Below are positions 50,497-58,809 of a DNA stretch of 64,000 bases, piece by piece (position 1 is the stretch's first letter; each line of letters starts with the position of its first letter). The DNA comes from Rhizomicrobium sp. (GTDB lineage Bacteria > Pseudomonadota > Alphaproteobacteria > Micropepsales > Micropepsaceae), in contig DASYDX010000248.1 of NCBI GenBank assembly GCA_036499345.1, forward strand, positions 8,600-72,599, written 5' to 3'. The notes below the pieces were generated by a model, which searched no databases, was not told the origin of the DNA, and worked only from the letters and a program-made list of their open reading frames with translations. A program made the translations under genes and the position numbers.

Positions 50497-51240
50497 CTTT
50501 TCCTCCCCTTGATCAGCGGCCGTTGATTGCGGGCCGCCTTTTGTTTCGATCTCCTCAAAAACTCCTTCTTCACTCTGGGCGGTTACGAACGAACTGGATC
50601 AATGCGTAATCATGGAAAAAGCACCCACGCTTTCCCAAATCGATTCACGGCTTCGGGTACGACGCATAACAACAACGTCATCTTGAAGCTGGGCAGAAGC
50701 TTCAAGCTGTTTGGTTATTTCTGTGTTACGGGAAGCTCTCAAATCGTTGAGATTGCCCGCATGCTGCACGCACTTCGGATTGTATACGCGTGCGCAGATC
50801 GCGATCTGGCGAACCAGATCGCCGCGAAGAGCTGTTCCGGCGCCAATGTCGGCCATGCCCATCCCCCCGAGGGCTTATTCACCCTCGCGGTCACTGTAGA
50901 CGAACATTTATTGCTGTCTAAAAATTATATTTTGCCGCGCGACTGAGGTTTTTGTTTTTTCAAACGTCGCATCATCCATTTCGCTTGCAGGTTGTATGCG
51001 CACTCGCATTTTATCTAACCGATTGAACGCTCGCGGACAGATTGTTGTCACTGGAAGCATCGAAATATTCCAATTCGCGATGCCGCTATCGGCCCGCTTG
51101 GCCCGAGGGTACAGCCCCTTCATTGGCAAAGAGCTTTCCGCACAACACATTCGGATCGCAATACCCAAGCATGATCGCGCGCACCAAAAGACGTATTCCT
51201 GTCTGGTCAAAGTAGGACCCCATGGCTTGTGAGGAAAACA

Positions 51241-51984
51241 ATGATGAAAATTCTTCGGCGGCGCCTCGATCACGCCATTGCGCTGGCTGCTTGCCTGTCC
51301 ATGACAACGCCCGCACTGGCGCAAATGAACTCCATGATCCTCGCGGGACCGCAAAATAATGCGATGGGACAAGTGATGGCGTTGCGCGCCAAGCAGATGC
51401 AGCAGCAATTCGACAGGAACGCTTCATCTCAGGCGAAATCAGAATCGTCCTCGCGGCAAAGCCTGGCCTCGCAAAATCTCGCGATCGAATTCAACCCCGC
51501 CGTGACCAAGCAGGTGCATGATCTCTATATCGATGGCTTGAAGCAGTCCGGCGGAGCAACGCAAGCCTCGCTGGTTGATCAAAGATTGGGCAATATACGC
51601 GCAAGCTTTGCAAGAATGGTCAGCCCTTACGGCTTGCGCGCCGACGATCTAAGCGATGTGATGGCTGCCCATATGATCGTCATGTGGATGGCGGCCAACC
51701 AGCAATCGGGACTGCCGACACCTGCCCAAGCGCAGGCCGTACGCCGTCAGATGCAAAATGTCTTTGCATCGAGGACCGGCGCGATCTCAATGCCCGCGGA
51801 AAGGCAGTCAACGGCCGAGTATGTCATGTATGAGACCTGCATGACCCTCTTGGTCCGCGGTGAATTGGGCTCGCGGCCCGACCTGGACAAAAGAGTCTCC
51901 GATGCGGTGAACATAAAAATGACCGGACAGGGATACTCCCTGCGCGACCTGAGGCTGACGGATGAAGGGTTGGTCAAAAATTAG
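51241..51984 (+). CDS. Secreted hypothetical protein (DUF6683-like)
   Basis: RBS GAGG; signal peptide ending PALA-Q; YGLRADDLSDVMAA...W. Confidence 0.65.
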   Translation: MMKILRRRLDHAIALAACLSMTTPALAQMNSMILAGPQNNAMGQVMALRAKQMQQQFDRNASSQAKSESSSRQSLASQNLAIEFNPAVTKQVHDLYIDGLKQSGGATQASLVDQRLGNIRASFARMVSPYGLRADDLSDVMAAHMIVMWMAANQQSGLPTPAQAQAVRRQMQNVFASRTGAISMPAERQSTAEYVMYETCMTLLVRGELGSRPDLDKRVSDAVNIKMTGQGYSLRDLRLTDEGLVKN

Positions 51985-52124
51985 GCGACGGCTTTCATGC
52001 TCAGCCTCTTCCCGCAATCCCGCCGGATCTTCCGGACCCGCTCTCTAATATCTCGCCCGCGGACCGTCACCGTTACAAACGACAGGCCCATCAATCGGGA
52101 CTTCCAGTCTTCGCGCGGGCGTTA

Positions 52125-52700
52125 CTACGGCGAAATCTTCGATTCGACAGGATGCCGCCGGGACAGCGCGCCGGCCGGGCGATTTTGCGCCGGTTGGCGC
52201 TGCTTCCGCTTGGCCACATCTTTGCAAATGCGGAAAAACCTTTGCCGCAAATCCAGCAGCGAAATTTCCACGACCTTGTCTTTGGTGCGGCGAGCATTCG
52301 GCGCGGAAAAGCGAACCGCCAAAGGCGAGACCGAAACCACGCCTTCGCAATAGGAGCAAGCGCGCAGATACAGCCGCAGCTCGGTCAGTCCGATGCCTGG
52401 CCGCCGCGTGACGATATCCCGGATCAGGCCATCCAGCAGGTCTTCGCCGGCGCGCGGCAGTGTCTCTTGCGGCTTGGCGGCAGCCTGAAGCTTGGCGACC
52501 GCGCGAAGCACGGTGACGGCATCGCGCAGAGCCATCTCATGCGTGCGCGTGCTGTCGGACCGGCCCCGATGCATGTCGTCCCGGATCAGCGCATTGGCCG
52601 CCGCCGCGATTTCCGCGATGGCAATCTGCTTCCGGACACCCCATTGCTGAGCTGTCCGGAAGCGAAGATCGCGTTTTCCTGCGGGACTGCCCGCGGCCAC
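52125..52700 (-). CDS. Hypothetical basic protein downstream of pstS
   Basis: GTG start with strong RBS AAGGAAGGA, 26 bp after the pstS stop; no family recognised. Confidence 0.55.
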   Translation of the reverse strand: MAAGSPAGKRDLRFRTAQQWGVRKQIAIAEIAAAANALIRDDMHRGRSDSTRTHEMALRDAVTVLRAVAKLQAAAKPQETLPRAGEDLLDGLIRDIVTRRPGIGLTELRLYLRACSYCEGVVSVSPLAVRFSAPNARRTKDKVVEISLLDLRQRFFRICKDVAKRKQRQPAQNRPAGALSRRHPVESKISP

Positions 52701-52726
52701 AGACAGTCCTTCCTTGCGGGCCGCGC

Positions 52727-53743
52727 TCAGGGCGTGACTTTCAAGGTCTGCGCCCAGGACGCTTCGATCGCCTTCACTACCTTGTCGGGGAACGGCACAT
52801 AATCCAGCGCTTTGGCGTCGGTGGCGCCGTCCTTAAGGGCAAAGTCCAGGAATTTGAGGACGGCCTTGTTCTTGGCCGCGTCATAGTCGCTTCGCAGCAG
52901 CATGTAGGTGGCGGCGGTGATCGGCCAGCTCTTAGCGCCGGGCTGGTTGGTCAGGATCAGATAGAAATCCTGCACCTTGGAGAAGTCAGCATTGGCCGCC
53001 GCGGCCTGAAAGCTCTCCATGGTCGGCTTCACGCGCTTGCCATCGGCATTGATCATGTCGGTCCAGATCAGACTGGACTGTCTGGCATAGGCATATTCGA
53101 CATAGCCGATCGCGCCGGGGGTCTGCTGCACGCTGGCCGCGACGCCGGCATTGCCCTTGCCGCCGACGCCGGTGGGCCATTCCACGGCCGTATCCGCCCC
53201 GACCTTGCTCTGCCAGGTCTCATTCACCTTGCCGAGATAGTTGGCGAAATTGAATGTGGTGCCCGAGCCGTCGGCGCGATGCACGACCAGAATAGCGGTG
53301 GCGGGCAGCTTGGCTTTGGGATTCAGCTTCACCAGCGCGGGATCATTCCATTTGGTGATTTCGCCCAGAAAGATCTTGGCCAGCACATCGCCCGACAGCA
53401 CCAGCTCGCCCGGCTTGACACCAGGCAGGTTGACGATGGGAACGATGGAGATCACCACCTGGGGAAATTGCACCAGGCTGTTCTTCTCGATCTCGTCATG
53501 CATCAGGGGCTTATCGGAATTGGCGAAATCGACCGTCTTGGTCTCGATCTGCTTGATGCCGCCGCCCGAACCGATGGCCTGATAATTCACCTCGTCGCCC
53601 GTCTTCTGCTGATATTTCTGCGCCCAGACCTGCAGCACGGGATAAATCGCCGTGCCGCCCGCGCCGGTGAGCTGTTCGGCGGAGGCCGCGCTGCCAACCA
53701 GCGTCAGGCCGGCGGCAAGAAGGGCACGGGAATAACGAAACAT
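52727..53743 (-). CDS. pstS: Phosphate ABC transporter substrate-binding protein
   Basis: TGAGGT, NYQAIGSGGG, HRADGSGTT, GGKGNAGV, IGYVEYAYA, WPI. Confidence 0.93.
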   Translation of the reverse strand: MFRYSRALLAAGLTLVGSAASAEQLTGAGGTAIYPVLQVWAQKYQQKTGDEVNYQAIGSGGGIKQIETKTVDFANSDKPLMHDEIEKNSLVQFPQVVISIVPIVNLPGVKPGELVLSGDVLAKIFLGEITKWNDPALVKLNPKAKLPATAILVVHRADGSGTTFNFANYLGKVNETWQSKVGADTAVEWPTGVGGKGNAGVAASVQQTPGAIGYVEYAYARQSSLIWTDMINADGKRVKPTMESFQAAAANADFSKVQDFYLILTNQPGAKSWPITAATYMLLRSDYDAAKNKAVLKFLDFALKDGATDAKALDYVPFPDKVVKAIEASWAQTLKVTP

Positions 53744-54012
53744 GTTCGTCCTTTCTAAGACGCGAAGCAAAGCGCGCCGATGGGTGAGAGCAGCGCCGGA
53801 CGGTCACGGTTCTTGCCGCCCGCCAACACACGCTCAGAAGCGAAGCGCCCCCAGTTGGTTGACGGTTCTACTCAGGTGTCTGCGCAACGAATTTTTTGTG
53901 ACGATACCGGCACCAGCGGGCGCCCGTTGCGGCCATTGCAGGCCGGACACCCGCAATTAGTGCCAACCTGTGCCGGCCTGCGTTTTCAGAAACGCGCGTT
54001 CGGGCCCGCCTC

Positions 54013-54453
54013 TTACTGCGCCGCGCCCGATTTCGTCTCATCGGACTTTGCGGCGAGCCGGATGGCCAACCGCATCGGCTGGAGCATGCCTTTTGGGGGC
54101 GTTTTAATGTTCTTGCCGAGCAGCAAGATGCGCAGATCCGCATCGGCATCGGCGCTACCGGTCGATGGGGCCTCGATCCTGGAAATGGCGCCGGACGGCG
54201 ACACCCACAGGCTGAGCGCAATTGGCGGCAGCGGCTGATCGTTTCTGGGTGTCAGCTTGGTCATCGCCTTGCGCATATGGGCTGCCGGGTCTCTATCGGC
54301 GTTCAGCCAGCCGGTGATGGCCATAGTGGCGCTCTTGGCATAATCGACCCAGGCAGGCGGAGCCTTGTCCAACGGCACAGCTTGGGCCGGCGTCAGGGTG
54401 CCGGCCAGACCGAAAGCCAAGCCTAGCCTGGCCAGAAGACTATGCGCGCTCAT
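54013..54453 (-). CDS. Secreted hypothetical protein with TonB-C-like C-terminus
   Basis: Signal peptide; LWVSPSGAISR...PPKGMLQPMRL; ATGA overlap with ompH. Confidence 0.65.
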   Translation of the reverse strand: MSAHSLLARLGLAFGLAGTLTPAQAVPLDKAPPAWVDYAKSATMAITGWLNADRDPAAHMRKAMTKLTPRNDQPLPPIALSLWVSPSGAISRIEAPSTGSADADADLRILLLGKNIKTPPKGMLQPMRLAIRLAAKSDETKSGAAQ

Positions 54454-55055
54454 TTCTGAACTGCGGCAGTGTTTTGGATGGCAGACAGGTCTTCTTTGTC
54501 GAAGGTGATGGTGGTGATCTTGGCATCCAGCCCAGCCACCACGCTCGCCGTCAGATCATTGGCGAAATTGCCGCCCAGTGCCGTGTTGCGATTGAACAAG
54601 AGGCCACAATTTTTGGATTTATAAACCTCCGCGATCACAGGCTGGGCGGCGGTGGCGATACGGCCCAAGGCCTTTTGGCGTGTGACCTCGATCTCCCGGT
54701 TGCGCAGGGCAGCCTTTTGCTCCAGCGCCTGCAGACGGGCCTGAAGCGCCAACTGTTTCTGCTGAAACTCTTCCGGCTTCAATGCTGCCTGCTGGCTCTG
54801 GACCGCCTTGACGTCGAAATCGAACTGCGAGCGGTCGGCGCCGATTTCGCTTTGGGCGAGATCGGAGATTTGCTTCAGCCTGGCCGTAGCGGCCTTACCC
54901 ACCTTGGCATTGGCCACCACCGCTTCCTGCGACAGAAGGCACACACCAGCGATCACCGGGCCGCCCAGCGGCTGAATGACGGGGGTAGCCTCTTCAGCCC
55001 ATGCCGTGGAAATCCAACCCGCGCCGATCAGAGCGGCCAAGACAATGCGCTTCAT
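54450..55055 (-). CDS. OmpH/Skp family outer-membrane chaperone
   Basis: Signal peptide, coiled-coil core, AKVGKAA...DLTASVVAGLDA. Confidence 0.75.
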   Translation of the reverse strand: MKRIVLAALIGAGWISTAWAEEATPVIQPLGGPVIAGVCLLSQEAVVANAKVGKAATARLKQISDLAQSEIGADRSQFDFDVKAVQSQQAALKPEEFQQKQLALQARLQALEQKAALRNREIEVTRQKALGRIATAAQPVIAEVYKSKNCGLLFNRNTALGGNFANDLTASVVAGLDAKITTITFDKEDLSAIQNTAAVQK

Positions 55056-55295
55056 AAGGGGATGACCTATCTGTGACTCTGCATTTGGCGGCGGCGTTTT
55101 CACCGGCGGCGCCTTCGCTAGCCTCATTGGATGACGATTGTTTGACGGCTGACCTTACCGGTTCGACAGGTTGCCCGGGCGCAGCCCCCACACATATGCC
55201 GGCGGCGAACCAGCCAACCCGGCCGACACACCCCGACCGTGCATCACACCATCGTTGCAAATCCTCCGCGCTGGCTCATCTGGCAGGCGCGATCT

Positions 55296-55367
55296 TTTTT
55301 TTCAATCGTTAGCGTGAATTAGGGAAGCCGACACAAAATCGCAGCCGAACACCCATAAACAGCGCGC
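55296..55367 (+). repeat. Conserved upstream element, copy 1
   Basis: Gapless 56/72 match to 63181-63252; both start 92 bp before the paralogous ATG. Confidence 0.8.
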
Positions 55368-55387
55368 GGTTCCACACGCGATTCGAC

Positions 55388-55579
55388 ATGAACGATTATG
55401 AAATCCGCATTGTTCGCGCCCGCGACAATTCCCAACTCGTGATCACCGCGACCCTTTTGGGAGATCACGCCGCCGTGCGGCGCGCCCAAATGCTCGCCGG
55501 TCACCGCGATCTTGTCGAAGTCTGGCGTGGCATGAAATGCGTCTATTCCACCGCGACGGACAATGCCTGGATTCACTAA
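55388..55579 (+). CDS. 63-aa hypothetical protein, copy 1 (D-x-x-A...EVW motif)
   Basis: 49/63 aa identical to 63273-63464, with many synonymous differences. Confidence 0.8.
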   Translation: MNDYEIRIVRARDNSQLVITATLLGDHAAVRRAQMLAGHRDLVEVWRGMKCVYSTATDNAWIH

Positions 55580-55894
55580 GACAAAGTGATTCACCCCGGC
55601 CAAATTACGCCAAATGTTCAAACGAACGCTCGTACGGAACATCCGGCCATTCTGACTCTTCAAGCAGACATCTTCTTGACGTTGAAATAGAGCTGGGCGC
55701 CGGTCACTCTGACTTCGAAATTGTAGGCGGCTTACTTTCCAGGTCGTGACGTGGCCGGACGGCTGTAATTGGTCGCTCTCGTGTCGACATCAATACTCAG
55801 ATTTGGACCTGCCGACGCCAGATGGTAATTGTCTGGCCACGGCGATAAGCGACCCTCGTTTCGAGCAGGAGTGGTGCCGGTTGGCATCAGAATA

Positions 55895-55978
55895 ATGCAA
55901 GAAAATCAAAGATATACTTTCTCCGTCGCACCGATGATGGACTGGACGAGAAACCCTTTGTTTTCAAGCATTTCCTGA
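55895..55978 (+). pseudogene. dusA: 5' fragment of dusA left at an integration junction
   Basis: ATG 55895 encodes MQENQRYTFSVAPMMDWT; similarity stops at 55948 (DusA continues DRHCR), then RNPLFSSIS-stop. Confidence 0.85.
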
Positions 55979-55983
55979 GAGTC

Positions 55984-56050
55984 GTGTGCACGGTTTGCAC
56001 ACACGCTGTTCGCGTTTTCGCTTCTATCCGTTCTTTTCCGTTCCCATCCG
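55984..56050. repeat. Inverted repeat plus three 10-bp periodic direct repeats beside the att core
   Basis: GTGTGCA-cggtt-TGCACAC (55984-56002); CTTCTATCCG/TTCTTTTCCG/TTCCCATCCG (56021-56050). Confidence 0.7.
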
Positions 56051-56191
56051 GCGGCGCGAATTCGCAATTGCGCGTCCCTACCCGCAACGCTTCATCGCAG
56101 CCTGTTTGACAATCCGGCTTAACTCACGCGGAGTTGCGCTCGGGGAATCGCAGCCACAAAACCGTGGCCAGCACGCTAGGGCCAGAACGTT

Positions 56192-56827
56192 ATGGGCGTG
56201 AGTCTTCTCGTCATCCAAATCGCAATCATTTTCTTGCCCGGCATCATCTGGGCGCGGCTGGATCTGACCTACGGCAAGAAGGGGAAACTTAGCGATACTG
56301 AGTTTCTGATCCGTGCCTTCATGTTCGGCATGGTCACCTATGCGATCACATTCTTGATCTTCACCGCCTCGGGCCACCCCTTTGCGATGCTGAATTTCGA
56401 CGACCAGGCGAAGGGCGCATTGGTAACCGGGCAGATCGCCTGGGAGGTCGTGTGGGCAACCGTTACCAGCATCGTTCTGTCCGTCATTTGGCTTTACGTC
56501 ACGAACTACAAAATCCTCACCCGATTTCTCCAATTCATCAAAGCCACAAAGACCTATGGCGATGAGGATGTGTGGGATTTCACCTTCAACAGCGCCCAGG
56601 CGGCCGTCGAATACTGCCATTACCGCGATTTCGAGCAGAAAATCGTCTATTCGGGCTGGGTGGATACGTTTTCCGAAACCGAAAAGCTGCGAGAGTTGGT
56701 CCTTCGGGATGCTCAGGTCTTTGATTTTGATGGAAAATTACTGTTCGAAATCCCGCTTTTGTACCTTGCAAGAAAGCCCGATAATATCCACCTTGAGTTT
56801 CCCTATAAGGCTTCGAAAACGCCATGA
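56192..56827 (+). CDS. DUF6338-like membrane protein (3 TM plus soluble C-domain)
   Basis: FLPGII TM start, DVWDFTF, YSGWV...SE...ELVLRDA. Confidence 0.75.
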   Translation: MGVSLLVIQIAIIFLPGIIWARLDLTYGKKGKLSDTEFLIRAFMFGMVTYAITFLIFTASGHPFAMLNFDDQAKGALVTGQIAWEVVWATVTSIVLSVIWLYVTNYKILTRFLQFIKATKTYGDEDVWDFTFNSAQAAVEYCHYRDFEQKIVYSGWVDTFSETEKLRELVLRDAQVFDFDGKLLFEIPLLYLARKPDNIHLEFPYKASKTP

Positions 56828-57021
56828 CCGGCCCAAAATTCGCAAATGACGGCTATAGTCGGCTTTTGTCCGAAGGCACCCTGCGCAAGGGCGGGCAAAA
56901 CACTAGCTCGCAAATCCAGACGCGCCCTGCCGCCCCCGCGCCGATGAAGCCGGCTTCCAACAGTGGGTCTTCCGGCGGGAATTCGGGTTCTACGTCGACT
57001 TCCTCTCCTAAAAAGCCCTAA
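56824..57021 (+). CDS. Small low-complexity peptide coupled to the DUF6338-like gene
   Basis: ATGA overlap; EGTLRKGGQN...RPAAPAP then a Ser/Gly-rich tail. Confidence 0.6.
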   Translation: MTGPKFANDGYSRLLSEGTLRKGGQNTSSQIQTRPAAPAPMKPASNSGSSGGNSGSTSTSSPKKP

Positions 57022-57150
57022 AGTCGCCCAGGCCCATAGCGAAGGGTATGCCGCGTGGCGTGGTGCCCCTTTTATTGGAATAAACGAGTGATGGCGCATT
57101 CGCGCTTCGCCGGATTTCTGCAATCGTAAGCCACGTTGCGCTGATCGTGC

Positions 57151-58809
57151 CTAACCAGAACGCGTCGTCAGCGGTACCGAGTTGTGCTTTGACCGTCCGC
57201 GCCATCGACCAGCCCGAAGCGCGCAAATCTCACTCCGGTTTGTATTCCATCCGGCGGCTTTATAAGCCTTCAACAGTGTACCGAAGCGCCGGTTGACGTA
57301 AGACGAAGACGGTAGATACGGGGCGGCTTCGATCAGCACAGCGGACAAATAGCCGTACCGGGCACGCAAACGCTTCAATCCAGCAATCAGATCCTTCTTG
57401 CTCCAGTGGCGTCGCACGCCTTTTTTGCCTGGGCGGCCGATCATCTTCAGGGCGCCACGCGATCGGGCCTCCGCCATAATCTCGGCCTGGCTTTTCGGCG
57501 GCAGCCCGGCAAAGGCGTATAGGTCGGGCATCTTGCCAATTTTCTTACGAAGATGGGTGGCGCTGGGCAGCGTGGCATCTTTATCGATGAGCGCCACCGA
57601 CAGATATCCATGCTGGTCGTACATTCCTCGCAATTGCGCCTTTAGGCCGGTGACGGACCAAGCGGCGTCTTTCCCGCTGATGCAGAGTGGCGCGTTATAA
57701 CCGATCAGCTTCAACGCAGCCTCGATACTGCCGAAATGCTGTACATAGGTCTTGATCGACGGGACGCCGCCCGCGCGACTGATAATACCATGAGAGACGC
57801 GGCCTTTGGCGAGGAAAAGTGCCTTGAGAACCTCAAGCATCCTCTGGTCGGTATGGTGATAGTGGGCGCGCCTGTTTATGCGCTCCTGGGCCGCCGCAAA
57901 CAACGTTTCCGAGATCATAGGCTCAACCACATCCGACGCGGTGGTCCAGAGAGCCTGCGGATTGTTACGCTTGGGCGTATGCAATTTTTGAGTGGTGCGA
58001 TTGTAAATGTAACGGCCGACGACCAGTTCGTTGGTTAGAGCCTTGCGCACGGTCGGTCCGCGCCAAGGTCGCCCGCCGTCCGCTTTGATTCCTTTGCGGC
58101 GCAGGTAAGCCGCTATCTGCTCCAAGTTGCGCTTCTTGCACACATAGAGATCGAAAATCTTTCGAATCACAGCCAGCTCTTCTGGCGGTCCAAGGCAAAA
58201 GCGGACACGATCTGAGCGCAGCGCTTTGTGCTCTCCGGGCCCCAACAGCATCTGCGGTACATCTTGGTCATCGACCAGCAGCCGGCGAAATCCATACCGG
58301 CGCGAGCCGCCCTGCCGATATCCCTCGCGGGCGTGCTCCAGATGCGCCCGCGACAGCTTGACCGACAGCTCGCGGCTATACTCGCTCGCCATCACGCGTT
58401 TGAGATGCTTGACGACCGAGGTTATGGAATTGGCGTTTTCCTCGAACGGTTCGCTGCAATAAGCGATCCGGACTCCTGCCTGACGGCAAATGAACTCGTA
58501 ATGCGCCGATTGATCGGGGTCCTGGAACCGGCCCCAGCGGCTCACATCCTGGACCAGGATGGCATCGAAAGCGCGGTCGGCGCTGAGGGCGTCCGACAGC
58601 AATTGCTGAAGCGCGACCCGCCCTTTTAGCGACAATCCGCTTCGCCCTTCGTCGGCATAAGTTTTCACGATCTCAAACCCATGCGACTTCGCATAATCCG
58701 CAATGACCGCTTTCTGGGCAGCGATAGAAAATTCCTGCATATCGGTGGACATGCGGACATATTGAACCGCCCGCACAGGTTTGGGCGCAAGAGTGCCGGT
58801 CGCCGTCAT
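57151..58809 (-). CDS. Large serine recombinase with three C-terminal helical repeats (copy 2)
   Basis: YVRMST catalytic Ser, DEGRSG, DVSRWGRFQ, MASEYSRELS; recombinase domain; 3 repeats. Confidence 0.9.
   Translation of the reverse strand: MTATGTLAPKPVRAVQYVRMSTDMQEFSIAAQKAVIADYAKSHGFEIVKTYADEGRSGLSLKGRVALQQLLSDALSADRAFDAILVQDVSRWGRFQDPDQSAHYEFICRQAGVRIAYCSEPFEENANSITSVVKHLKRVMASEYSRELSVKLSRAHLEHAREGYRQGGSRRYGFRRLLVDDQDVPQMLLGPGEHKALRSDRVRFCLGPPEELAVIRKIFDLYVCKKRNLEQIAAYLRRKGIKADGGRPWRGPTVRKALTNELVVGRYIYNRTTQKLHTPKRNNPQALWTTASDVVEPMISETLFAAAQERINRRAHYHHTDQRMLEVLKALFLAKGRVSHGIISRAGGVPSIKTYVQHFGSIEAALKLIGYNAPLCISGKDAAWSVTGLKAQLRGMYDQHGYLSVALIDKDATLPSATHLRKKIGKMPDLYAFAGLPPKSQAEIMAEARSRGALKMIGRPGKKGVRRHWSKKDLIAGLKRLRARYGYLSAVLIEAAPYLPSSSYVNRRFGTLLKAYKAAGWNTNRSEICALRAGRWRGRSKHNSVPLTTRSG

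Noticed and set aside
50527-51232. Small ORFs in the gap upstream of the TonB receptor
   Set aside because: They overlap each other, have atypical composition, and show no convincing RBS or motifs.
53885-53915. Pho box upstream of pstS
   Set aside because: Only one GTCAC-like half-site; no convincing 11-bp tandem repeat.
56030-56043. Alphaproteobacterial LexA box (GTTC-N7-GTTC)
   Set aside because: The spacer is 6 nt, and the repeats are better explained as att arm sites.
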